NCBI GenBank assembly: GCA_964036045.1
Contig: OZ038379.1
Span: forward strand, 8,122,001 to 8,186,000
Reading direction: 5' to 3'
Source of the DNA: Eutreptiella sp. 'Long Island Sound 2002'
Taxonomy: Eukaryota > Protista > Euglenida
DNA length: 64,000 nucleotides
Part shown: positions 39,068-51,100 of the stretch, in pieces
Layout of the letters: every line of letters starts with the position of its first letter
Position numbering within the stretch: the stretch's first letter is position 1
The notes under the pieces: generated by a model
What the model was told of the DNA's origin: nothing
Database searches by the model: none
The model's input: only the letters and a program-made list of their open reading frames with translations
Program-made: the position numbers and the translations under genes

Positions 39068-41968
39068 TCACTCAGGGACGTTGCAGGCGAGGGTGCATTG
39101 GAGCAAAGCCCTCTCCCACTTTACACTCATCATTTGAATCCCGCAGAACTTTTCTACCTCCGAAACGGTTCCCATTTCCTCCCGCTCCAGGATGTTCACA
39201 ACGACCACATGGGCCATCTGGTTCAGCGCACAGCACCGGCCCGCGCGCTGCGCGTACGTAATGCTGTTGGGAGGCAGACCCAAATTGATTACGACGGCGA
39301 CGTTTGACATGCTTACGCCGCGGGCCAACGCATCCGAGGCAATGAAAATCGAAACGGTCGGCGCGCTGTACTCGGTCACGTTCTCACGGTGTGTGTCGAC
39401 CGGCACATATTTCTCTTTTAAGTGTTGGTCGAGGGCCTTACGGCTGGCGACGCTGCAGAAAATCAGCACCCGGCCCGACAACACAGCGTCGCAGATTTTG
39501 TCGACCAAGTTGACCTTCTCGTCCAAATCTGCCACACTGACGACCAGATGTTCGATGTCCGGCGCCACAAGCGAGCCAGCCTCGATGTACTTGACGTCCT
39601 TCATATGCTTTGCCACAAAGCTTTCGACATGCGGGGTACGCCGCGCACACAGCACAGCCCAGTTCATCTTCTCTGGCAGCATTGCAACCAATTTCGGGAT
39701 CAACAGATGCTGCAGGATGGCATCGGCTTCGTCCAGGATGGTGAGGGTCACGGTATCGGTCCGCAACACACCTCTTCTTATCAAATCATACAATCGTCCA
39801 GTGGTTGCAACGACCACAGCCTTGCCTCCATTCTCGAAGCTCTTGACACTGTCGCGGACCCTCGTCTTGCCAACCAAAAGGCAGCATCTTTCGCGTGCTC
39901 CACGTCCGCTGCAAGCGCTCTCTCCCAGCTTTAGGACGAGCTGGTGAGTATACTGTGCAAGTTCTCTCGTGGACGCCAGCAAAAGCGCCTGAGGAACGTT
40001 CTCATTCCAATTTACGAGCTGCATCGCAGCAATCACGCACGCGGAGGTCTTGCCAGTGCACGGGTGCAGCTCCGACACGACGACGTTGTGCCGCTGCAGG
40101 ATGCAGGGCATCACCTCGCTCTGGATCGGGGTGGGCTGTTCGTAGTTCAGCTTGTACACCGCCTCGGTCAACCACGACGACAGGCCCCAGCAGGAGAAGG
40201 CACCGATGAAATGGCCATTCCAGCCGTATCTGCCCGACTCTTGGGAGCGCTTCGATGAACCAGAGCCCGACGACCAGTACCCGCTGTCGCTTCCAGTCTC
40301 CTCCTTCCACTCGGCGGGGGAGTCCCCTGACTCGTTAGAGTCGCCATTCGCAGCGGTGGGGGAATCAGGTCTGGTAAGACACGCGAAGGCAGCAACCAGC
40401 GCTTTGTCTAGGGGCTTCTCCGTGCTATGCGAATTGGAGTAGTTCACTGCCTCCTCCATCTTGCACTCCGGGTATGGAAGAGTTTCGCTGTGGTGCACCG
40501 CATCATCCTCGGTGCCGTTCTGGAAGCTAGCTGTCTGGACGCCGTCACCAGTGAGCTCCCTTTGAGCGGACGCTGCTCCGAGCGAGTTCAGCAGAGGTCC
40601 AATCAGGTTGTGCATAGGTTCTAGTGTCATATTAGAACGATGTGCAGCACGGTTGGTCACAGCTTCTGCGCGGCCAGTGTAAGCACGTAAGGATCGCGAT
40701 GAAATTTTCAACCCCTTTGACCCCTTGGATCTTTTGGACTGCTGGGAGACTTGGGAGCTTTCATAGCCTTGCGACCATTGAGAACCTTGGGAGGAACCTT
40801 GGAAATCGTGGGAGCCTTGCGACCCTTGAGAGCCTTGTGAATCTTGCGATTCTTGTTCACCAGTGTCCCCTTGCGAATCCCCGGAGCCTTGGGACTGTGA
40901 CTCTTGCGGAGAGTCCGGCGATGTGTCGCACATACCTTGTGGCAATAGGGGTGTGGTTGACGTCATAAAATCCAAGAGTTGGTGTTGATGAAAAGTTTGT
41001 TCTGCTTGAGCGTTCGCAACGCTCGCTTGTAGTGAGGACGTCGGCACAACTTGGGCCACCGCACTTTTCGTAGGAGTACAACGAGGTGCTGTGGAAAGCA
41101 CCGACGGGTGAGCGATGGGGAAACTCGCCATCTGTTGCGAAGAAACGGTGAATTGACATTCGGCACGTTGTAGGACCGAAATTCGGGCAAACTCCTGGTT
41201 CGGTGGCTGGTGGTTGGGTCCAGTTTGCTCTGACGTCGAAGGCGTGCAAGGAGGCGTGGATTGGGCAATTTGTCCTGCATGCCAAGGTGCAAGGTTGCTA
41301 GAAAAGCCAATCAACTGCGTCATTTGGCTTGGGTGGGGTGGAGCAAGGTTTTGGGGTTGGTCTTGCTGATAAACTCTTCGAGTAGGTTCAAAGTTTGGGT
41401 TCTGCAAAGAAGCGTTTATCATCGAAGACGATTGATTTGCAATTTGTTGTCGACTAAATTGGCCGTGGCCATATCCTTCGTGACCACCGTCGCCGTGGCC
41501 GTTGCCATTTCTAGCGAGGACAACCTCGAGTTGTCGAGAGAGACTATTGGGTCCAAGTTGCGATTGAAGCGACGAAGCTCGTTGATAATCGTTGAGTATG
41601 TCACGCGGCGTTGCACTTCGACCACCATTTGACGCGGCGCGGGGCGACGACGAAGTTGGGGGACCACCGCCGTTTAGCGTGCCATGGGGCGGTGTTTGGT
41701 GCACGGTTTGTGTGAAAGGTTGACGTTGCGAAGGATTAGGCCGGCTTGCAAATGCGTGATGGATCTGAAGGTCGACGCGGGCATCGGTACTCCTCTCGAA
41801 TGGAGATCCGCGAGATACTTGTGGTCTCTTCGAAGGAGTCTTCTTGCTTCCAACCTTTTGGGAGGAAGAGCTTGGGAGTCCGGCGATTGGCTTGAAGTTG
41901 CTTGGGACCGGCTTGAAGTTACTCAAATCATAGTACCCCGCTCCATCGTAAAAAACGTTGCGAGGCAT
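39068..41968 (-). CDS. Divergent DEAD-box RNA helicase-like protein (eIF4A/DDX6-like core) with a long low-complexity N-terminus, intronless, 966 aa
   Basis: Q motif YEQPTPIQ, TGKT, ASTRELA, ATTGRLYDLI, DEAD, LIFC, DALARG, YAQRAGR. A T8-AG acceptor lies 2 nt before the ATG. Confidence 0.85.
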   Translation of the reverse strand: MPRNVFYDGAGYYDLSNFKPVPSNFKPIAGLPSSSSQKVGSKKTPSKRPQVSRGSPFERSTDARVDLQIHHAFASRPNPSQRQPFTQTVHQTPPHGTLNGGGPPTSSSPRAASNGGRSATPRDILNDYQRASSLQSQLGPNSLSRQLEVVLARNGNGHGDGGHEGYGHGQFSRQQIANQSSSMINASLQNPNFEPTRRVYQQDQPQNLAPPHPSQMTQLIGFSSNLAPWHAGQIAQSTPPCTPSTSEQTGPNHQPPNQEFARISVLQRAECQFTVSSQQMASFPIAHPSVLSTAPRCTPTKSAVAQVVPTSSLQASVANAQAEQTFHQHQLLDFMTSTTPLLPQGMCDTSPDSPQESQSQGSGDSQGDTGEQESQDSQGSQGSQGSHDFQGSSQGSQWSQGYESSQVSQQSKRSKGSKGLKISSRSLRAYTGRAEAVTNRAAHRSNMTLEPMHNLIGPLLNSLGAASAQRELTGDGVQTASFQNGTEDDAVHHSETLPYPECKMEEAVNYSNSHSTEKPLDKALVAAFACLTRPDSPTAANGDSNESGDSPAEWKEETGSDSGYWSSGSGSSKRSQESGRYGWNGHFIGAFSCWGLSSWLTEAVYKLNYEQPTPIQSEVMPCILQRHNVVVSELHPCTGKTSACVIAAMQLVNWNENVPQALLLASTRELAQYTHQLVLKLGESACSGRGARERCCLLVGKTRVRDSVKSFENGGKAVVVATTGRLYDLIRRGVLRTDTVTLTILDEADAILQHLLIPKLVAMLPEKMNWAVLCARRTPHVESFVAKHMKDVKYIEAGSLVAPDIEHLVVSVADLDEKVNLVDKICDAVLSGRVLIFCSVASRKALDQHLKEKYVPVDTHRENVTEYSAPTVSIFIASDALARGVSMSNVAVVINLGLPPNSITYAQRAGRCCALNQMAHVVVVNILEREEMGTVSEVEKFCGIQMMSVKWERALLQCTLACNVPE

Positions 41969-41970
41969 AC

Positions 41971-41980
41971 CTAAAAAAAA
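41971..41980 (-). promoter_or_regulatory. Putative trans-splice acceptor of helicase copy A (same in copy B at 60848-60857)
   Basis: TTTTTTTTAG|GTATG: a pyrimidine tract and AG immediately before the start codon. Confidence 0.6.
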
Positions 41981-44644
41981 TTAGACATCCACAAGGTGAC
42001 ACATGGGACATTTCATTCGTGTGCGGTGGTCCCAAATGGTTTCGAAATTGGGCTGTCGAGGCTGAAAATGGGACAATAGATTGTGCACCACTTCTTGTGA
42101 AAGGACTCCAACCTTGCACCCAATGGCCAAACGAGGTGAAAAACACACAAAGAAGGTCGAACACATGCGAAACTAGGATATTTCATCATTGTGGGTGGTG
42201 GTCACAATATCGCAAAAATCGGTTTGGGAAGTTTCGTTTTTTGAGCTGTGAGGCTGAAAGGTTGGGTTTGGGCAATAGTTCCTTGGGAAGGACACTAATT
42301 CCTTGGGAAGGACCTCCCCCCCGGGCATCCAATGAAAAGATGGGGTGTAAAAAATACACCAAGGTCCCAAACCTGGTTTACAAGGGACATTTGATCATCG
42401 TGGCTACAAAATCAAAAAAAATCCCCATGGGTGCTACCCGTATTGACACCAAATGATGATGCAGCCCATTGCACACTCACCCAGGCCCCACTATGGCAAA
42501 TAGTGGCTGGCATAGGCCGGCTGTGGCTCTCAAAAGAGGCGTCTCCAAAGTGGCCCATTTCAAAACTTTGACCGCCGTCCGTTTTTAAATTTGGCCCCCA
42601 CTTTCTTTTCATGGAATGGGCAGCGGTAACATCGTTGTGTCGTTTTGCTTGCACAGTATTAATGCACAAAGATAGTCTCAAAGTCTAAAACCTTTCAGAA
42701 TTTGATGAACAACATGGATGGATTTTAAAAATCGTCCAGAACTATGGTATTTACTGAAGACAAGTGCACATTTTGCATGCAAGTTCCATGTGACGCAAAA
42801 CCGCAATGGGAACCTGCGCAAGCCAATTTTTAGCGACACAATTTTACTTTCCCTCTAAGGGGATGAATTATTTGCAAACAAATGCATGCACTAGGTACGT
42901 TTAGTACATTTAAATAAATTATTGACCCAGTTAAATGACAACCGCAACATGTATCTACACCGAACCAAAAGGTGCTTGAAGAGGTAGAATTCAAGTGTTA
43001 GCAAATGTGCATAAACAAAGGAAATTCGAAAAAAGATGCCAAATTGTCCCTCTCTTGTGCGTTGCCTTGTTTACCAGATTCTCAGCATTCTTGGCATGTC
43101 ATTCCACTGATATAACACATGGGTTCACTTGACACAAAATAAAATACAGACAGACACACTGTGCAACTCGAACGTAAACATATGCAGAGCTCTTCAAAGT
43201 TACCCTGAGTTGACGGGGATAACTTCACTACTTCCCTAGTTTCCTAATTCCTTGGGACTGCCCTCACTGTGTAGGGCTGTAGGATTTGCCCGTATTATCA
43301 GAGGTGTGGGGTCGAACCAATTGTGCTCACAGAAATCCCCCTCCCCAACCCGGGGAGTGTGGGGCTGCTTTGGTTTGGTTTCTTTCACTTGCAAAACAAC
43401 CTCAGTTTTGCGCTACAGCAGTTGGGGGGAGACCCACGAAAAACAGTGTAGGCTGCTGCTGAAACTGCACCTCAGGCTGCACAAAAGCAAAATCAACACC
43501 GCTACGAAAGCACCAAACCTCAAAAAAGTGCATTGATTTCAGTGTTGAAGAACATAGGGTCAAGCAAATGTACTAGACCATATTTTGCCTCTTGGTGAGT
43601 CACCGGACCATAGAACAACAGTTCTCAACAGCCAAACCTAAAGTGTACTCCACATCTGATGGTCTATCCAATGACCTCACTGCGTAGGGCTGTAGGATTT
43701 GCCCGTATTATCAGAGGTGTGGGGTCAAACCAATTGTGCTCGCAGAATTACTTGAAATTTCTTTTTCTAATGCTTAAGATTATGCTCATTATTCTCGCAT
43801 TATGCCAACTATGCTCAGCACAAGAAAAATAATATTTACAAATGTAGAACATGATTATGAAGATTTCTGTGTAAACTGGTGATTTGGGGCTATATTTTTT
43901 CAAAACGTGGATGCGAAATGGGGTGTGAAGTGTGCATATTGCTTGGTGACTCTTTTGTCTAAACACATAGGTCCCTCGCAATGTAGACAAATGAAGTGTT
44001 GTGAGTTATACTTGTTGTCCATTGTAGCAAGTTAAACTTGGGAGTGAAGCAACGGATACTCAGCTACCATATGACCCCCGTGTCACAGGCCATAGGTCAC
44101 AGCTCAAACCAGTGCTGAATGTTGCCTTGAGTTCACCCCTCAGGGCTATCGAATGTTTCATAGGCTGGTTCTCACCGCAGCAACTTGGGGGGGCCCCTTG
44201 TTGTCTGTTGTAACAGTCACGACTTTTGTCAAAGGGTCACTGAACAACCATGGAGTGAGGACATGGGTAATGACAAAAGACACATTTGCACTCCCGCAAG
44301 AAAGAATATGAATAAGCACACCGACAAACGTTGAGGATGTTCATTCTGCTGAAAATGTGTGGTGCTTGTTTTGTGTGCAGTTTTGTCCGTTCTCATTTGT
44401 TATGAGTGAACCCAGATGAAATAATCATAAGTACTAACCTGTTGTGTATGAATCCAGATGAAATATTAATACAACCTCAAAAAAGACGCATTTATAAAGC
44501 ATGTTTCTTAAGTTGGAGTGTGTTTGGAGTGGGCCGACACTTCTTTTTAAACAAGACTTCCAAGGTAAACATACCAATAGGTGGGCCGATAATGTGCAGG
44601 TACAGCAGAGCGCTGCGATTCATATTGCTGTATAAATATTTGTA

Positions 44645-45101
44645 CCCCCCCCCCCCTTGTCGTTCCCCACCCCAGGGAAGACGGTCCCCCACCACCCCCT
44701 GGGGGACGGTCACCAGGTGACGGTCCCCCACCCCCCCCCTGGGGGACCGCACCACCACCGTACACGCACATTTGCAGGCACAGAAATTGCACCATAGAAC
44801 GAAAGAATTCAGCATAGGATGTGTTCAAAGGGCTGCCAATGTACGGAGACCTACTCCTTGACCGGCTCGGTGTGAAACATCACACTTGTCCCAGGTTGTG
44901 CTATCAAGTTCCATTTCAGCGAAAGGGAGCAAAATGTCCTGCCTGCATGAGTGCAAGGGATACAAGCGGTAGTGCCCCACAACACAGTCACCCACACAAC
45001 AACACAATGAGCCGCAACGCAAAATTTTGGGTTGACCAAGTGACGCCCCCCCCCCCCCCGGGGAACGACAAGGGGGGGGGGACGACAAGGGGGGGGGAGG
45101 G
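44645..45101 (+). mobile_element. TA-flanked MITE with C-run/G-run TIRs
   Basis: TA at 44643-44644 and 45102-45103. TIR C(n)TTGTCGT(T)CCCC / GGGGACGACAAG(n). Confidence 0.8.
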
Positions 45102-48100
45102 TACATTGTTAGTTGGAACATGGAAGTTTAGAATTATAATGCGAGTTTTTGAAAATTCCATATGTTGCTAAAGAATCGCCTGTGAAATTCCACGCCGCGC
45201 ACCTTAGGGATTTTGCCGCCAACCAATTTCTGAGCCATGCATATTTGAAGAAAAGGTCTGTGAATAATGCGTGAAATTCAGAAATTCATACATGGAATGA
45301 AAATCAAAAAAATGCTGTTCCAAAGATGTGCAAAAACATAGAAAAGAGTCCTTTTGGGTGCACATTCAATTGAAAGGGGAAGATAAAAGTGTAAAACTTT
45401 GTGGATCTCATTCAGGATGGATTGATGGACATAGGTGTTCAATATTTAAACAAATTAAGATAGCTTAGCAAATCTACATCAGTGTGCAAGTTGCATTTAT
45501 GTTTGGAAATTCACAGAATTTCAGGATGTTTCTTTAAGTGAGTTTGCAAAGTGAATCGGGTTCAGCTCTTGTGGTGGCTTTAAGGATGATGAGATTGAAA
45601 TGAGATTATTTTAGAGTGCAAGGCTTTTGAGTCCAAAGTGAAACCAAGTGGAAAGTCAATTTTTCTTACTCGAAGAGAAATACACGAGTACACGTTGTTG
45701 CTGCAGTCCTTGCAGTGCGCTTGGTAGCTGGTTTTGCAAGTGCTTAGAACTTCCTTCAACCACGACTTGCACTTTCCTTTTCCCGCTCACAGGTCTCTTG
45801 TGAAGGGCGGAAGGAAAACCTGGGGATTATGGACAACACCAATACCTAGCTGAGTGGTATGCTAAATACGTCTAGCAGAACAGTAGTAGCGCTATTTCTG
45901 GAACACTATATAGTGTTCAATTAGACGTGAAGCTTGTTCCACTACACGTGAGACGTCCCGTGGAACAGTAGTAGGGCAAGCTAGATGCAACATCTTGTTC
46001 CACTAGACGTAAATACACTGTAATACACTATGTACAGCTATGTGTAATAGGCACATTGATTTGACTTTATGTGCATGTGCACGGCTGTTCTAATACATCC
46101 CGGGGGGGGAGGCAGGTGATAAAGGGCAAACTAGGACACGGTTGCAAACTTTGCAGAAACACGACCTATTGTTGCTCTCACAAGGGCCATGATCTCATTC
46201 AAATAATGCGCAAACTGCGAGATTGGTACCTTACCCCAACCTTGCGATCTCCCCCCCAATATCGTGATGGTTCCCCCCCAACGGGGGGGGGGGGGTCGCG
46301 AAATCAGGGTCCCCCCCGCTGGGGGGGAGGGATTGCACCACCAAACCATAACACTTCAGAACTGCAGCTGTGCATGCACAACACCAGTAGCGTGAATCAA
46401 AATGAACCATGATGTTACTTCTGTGCACGTGCCCTTTCCACAGGCACTGTGTGAAACTTCTTTTTACGACTCAAAACAACCTTGAGCTCCTGGACATGCT
46501 CAGTGGGCAATTCAGGTATAGGCTGAGGATTGGAAGACAAGGTAGGCTCTGCAGCTCAGTTTCCAGCCCTTCTGGCGGCTGATTTGGCTGGCTTGGACTT
46601 GACAAGCACCTTCAGTTGTTCGGGAATCTGGTCATGCTTGAGAACGTCACATGTAAAGTACAACTTTCCATCAAACACATGACGCTGTCCCTAAACCCCA
46701 CGGGCCACCCTGCAAGAGTGGGACCAAAGACGAATGCCTCTGGCATACATTTGTGTCTGAATGACAAGAGAAGTCAACTCTGACAGAGGGCATGAAACCA
46801 TGCAGGAAACCAGAAATTTTACAGTGTTGCCAGAGGTATTGTGCCTCAAGATGTGCATCAACACATCAAATTGACCAGGGAGGCATTTGTATTTGCTTCA
46901 CAATGCAAATGCAAAGCGCAGTCAATCACATTGTTGTCAATGCCAGTACAGCCTCTTTTTTTGGTTCTGCCCTGCCAGTGCCTGGCAAGCTATCAACAGA
47001 AACTCGGCTTGAACATCTTTGGGCATGACTCAACACAGCGGTCCTGAGATCAAAAGCATGAGTGTTTGCTGTTGGGCTGTGAAAAGCCCATTGTGGAGGC
47101 TGTTGGCTTGCATCAGGTCCTGCCTTTACAGGCTGATAATATGTCGTACATTCCATGCTTACCTGTTTTTGCACTGCTTGGCCCATCTCTCCGCCCTTAG
47201 GGGCAAAGAACCAACACGTGAAGCACGTGCAGTGCACACGTGTCACAACTGTTGCATTACAACTGACACAACCCAGCACTAGCAACATGCAATACACATA
47301 CACACACGTGCGCATACACACACTTATGGAGGAACAGACAAGGTTGGACGACAGACACAACGAGCAACAGTCTGTCAGTTGCAAACACGTCACACCAGTG
47401 ATGGTGTCATGAAGTCATAAGGCTAGGCGCCTGTCTGAAGCAACGGAGCAAAAGAGAGGTCCTGTGCCATAGGTGTGCATGCAGGAGCCCTGTTGCTCAT
47501 TGCTTGACCATTCAGGAGGAGAGAGGCTATGGCGTTGCGGTCATACTTACAGTCACCACACGGTGTGCATGTACGAGAGGGCAACCAGCCCAATGCCATT
47601 GAAGAAGCAACTACACCCCCCCGCCCCTGTAAAACCTACGCAAAAGTCCCAAATTAATACCGTCCCTACGCCTACTGTAGCTTGGACAAGGCCATAGCTT
47701 CTGCGCAACACATACAACTACCAACACACACGTGAGTGAACGCATGGTATGAGTGCACCTTCACGTCCACCCACGTTCCCAAAGGCATGCAAACACAAGA
47801 AAGTGTTTGAAATATGAAACTTCAGGTTCACACCCACGTTCTCATAAGTGCAGAAATATCTCCAAAATCAGAGCTATGCCAGTTCAAGTGGGCAAACACT
47901 CACAACAATGTGTCCATGACTCTATGCAACTGGCAAATTCGTCACCAAACCCATGTGTTATGTGGCTGCACTACATTTGGCACCGAATTAAATTGGGTCC
48001 CAAAGTAATACGGTCCGTATGCCCGCTGTAGCTTGGACAAGGGCGTAGCTTTTACACGGGGGGGGGGGGGGCTATGGTATTCCCCGGAGATTTGTCCGGC

Positions 48101-51100
48101 CACACCCAATCTTCCCACAGAGGGGGGCTTGCAATCTCAGAAATCCAGAAGTGATGGGCCATACCCCGGCTGTCACGCGAATGTGGAGAACACACAGGGG
48201 TCCTGTTGGAGCACTCACACCCAATCAAGTGCAGTGTGGGAAGTGTTCGAAAAGTGAGACTAAGCGTGTGCAGCATTCACCCAGCCATTCCAAAGTTCCA
48301 TTTCAGCAAAACTGAGCAACATGTCCTGCCAAGAGTACAAAGGATAGAAGCGGCTCACAACACAGTCACAAACCCACACAACAACACAGTGAGCTGTAAC
48401 AAAAAAATTTGTGTTGACCAAGTGACGCTCCCCCCCCTCCGCAGGGAAGGACAAGGGGTGGGGCTGGACAAAGGGGGGGGGTACCAACATAAGAGGTGAC
48501 ATCATCAGAGAGCCCACCAAGTCAGCTCCACAGACCCCCCCTGCACTCGGGAACACAATCTGTGCACAACCAGAAACACCAGATTGTGCATATCTAGAAT
48601 GCTTTGGTCACAAGGATGCCAACAACGGAAAAATAAAACGCATTTTCACAGACTAAGCCTGAGAAGAGAAATAGAACAGTGAATTCTACGCTGCATTTCG
48701 GGACCTGCGACGTTTGGCAGTTGCAAAATGCAAGATGGAACTTCCCAACCGTCTGACAAGGCCAACCAACCTCACCAAGAGCACTGACATCCATTCCGAA
48801 CCCCAGCCTTTTGCCCTGGCAGGCAGAGACCCTCGGGTGCAAGCAGAAGCAGACATATCACTACCCTGAGCACTGGTGCAGAACTTCTAACAATTTCGTC
48901 CTTCAGCTGCAAAAACCCATCCCTTGGAACAATGACAATCCATTTCTCAAAATGTATTTACAACAACGTGACTCAGTGGAACAGCAGGTCAACACATGCT
49001 TCCTCAGACCTACAACAGAGGGTTGCTTACACTAAACTTCCACAATACTGACAGAGTTGATGGCGCGTATCCACATTGGATTTGAAGATGGGGGGGCCAT
49101 ACTGCAGAAGAGGCCATATCCAATTGCACAGCAAACATAAGCAAAGCGCAACACAGATAACTCTACCGGAGAGCAAACACCCAGATCGCTACACCGTGCG
49201 CGGCAGCAGCATGTCAAATACAGGCAGTGCATGAGGGAACAAAGCGCAGAATCCGGCGGGGAAAAGGTGGGGGGGGAGGGGCATGGCTACAGCAGCCAAC
49301 ACACCTTTCAAACAGGAATGAATCCTGAACCAGAGGGTGATTGGAATCTCGTGAGGAAAGAAATGAAACAGACCCTCCCCTTACAAATAACCTCTCCTCT
49401 ACACCACAAGACAATGCACAATATCCACAAATACACGAAAACAAGTTCAAATCATTCATTGTGAGCAATGTGACAAACTGTAATGCGGCCGCATTCACTA
49501 ATTTGCAGCACGAAATTTGTCCTCCTACACCTTGCAAAAAAAATTCCATATGTTATGAACATAATGCGACAGTTTTTTTTTCCGCATGCAAGGCCCGGGA
49601 CCCCAACCCCCCGCGAAAATTTTTTCCAGGCGCGAATTTTTTTTCCGCCCCCCCCCTGTGTGTGAGTGAAGTGTTTGTCATCCTGCACCCATCTGCCGCA
49701 CGCCTGCAGAAGGGCGGAGGTTTCGGCAGAAGAACCCAAAGAGTTGCAACCACTTTGTTATCTGGCTCCCTCACCAGCCCGCAAACAACTGGGAGAAGCA
49801 AATGTTCTGGAGAGGGGCTTGAGCAAGCCGGGAGGGGGCAGAAACATTTCACTGTGGGCGAAATTGGGCTATGACAGTGGAGCTTGGGCTTTTGCTGAAA
49901 CATGGGGATGGACAAAGAGGCGGAACTGAAAAATTGTGACTTTCAGCAGAGGACGCGACAGTGAGATGGTCGAACATCGCAATCGCCTTGCGTTCCATGG
50001 CACCCAAACTGCTGGCTGAGGACCCGAAGCATGGAAGTACTGTGCAATCTGCTACCACAGTCACAGAATGTGGAGCGGTATTCGGTTCCGCTGGTTTAGA
50101 GGGTTAGTTGGACGCGAAAGACTCTCCCTCGCGCATTGAGCCCAGTCCCCACTCACCGACACACACACAAACGCACGGATGCAAAATCCCAGCAGAAATG
50201 CAGAAAGAATATCTCAAATCTGGGCTACAAGCGTCGAGGATGGCCATGGGAAAGCAGTACCTGTGGACACACCTAACCGGTGAATGGGGGAGCCTCTGGC
50301 TGTACTGCCCCCGTCCCCCGCTTGTCAAAGCTAAGCAAAAGTCCCAAATTAATACGGTCCCTACGCCTACTGTAGCTTGGACAAGGCCATAGCTTCCGCG
50401 CAACACATACAACTACCAACACACACGTGAGTGAACGCATGGTATGAGTGCACCTTCACGTCCACCCACTTTCCCAAAGGCATGCAAACACAAGAAAGTG
50501 TTTGAAATATGAGACTTCAGGTTCATACCCATGTTCTCATAAGTGCAGAAATATCTCGAAAATGAGAAATATGCCAGTTCAAGTGATCCAACACTCAGAA
50601 GAAATGTGTCCATGACTCTATGCAACCGGCTTGTGGAGGAACAGACAAGCACAACCATCAGTTTGGATACACGTGGATGATGGTTGGACCACAGACACAA
50701 CGAGCAACAGTCTGTCAGTTGCAAACATGTCACACCAGTGATGGTGTCATGAAGTCATAAGGCTAGACGCCTGTCTGAAGCAACGGAGCAAAAGAGAGGT
50801 CCTGTGCCATAGGTGTGCATGCAGGAGCCCTGTTGCTCATTGCTTGACCATTCAGGAGGAGAGAGGCTATGGCATTGCGGTCATACTTACAGTCACCACA
50901 CGGTGTGCATGTACGAGAGGGCAACCAGCCCAATGCCATTGAAGAAGCAACTACCCCCCCCCACCCCCTGTAAAACCTACGCAAAAGTCCCAAATTAATA
51001 CGGTCCCTACGCCTACTGTAGCTTGGACAAGGCCACAGCTTCTGCGCAACACATACAACTACCAACACACACGTGAACGCATGGTATGAGTGCACCTTCA

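Larger units (their letters stand above)
34260..43674. repeat. Segmental duplication copy A (tandem array, helicase gene and upstream region); copy B is ~52250-62570
   Basis: Helicase offset is 18877 bp. Homology ends after ...GGTCTATCCAATGA (43674 vs 62570). Confidence 0.9.

Noticed and set aside
39192-39947. 251-aa plus-strand ORF (and its copy at 58069..58824)
   Set aside because: Antisense shadow of the helicase CDS.
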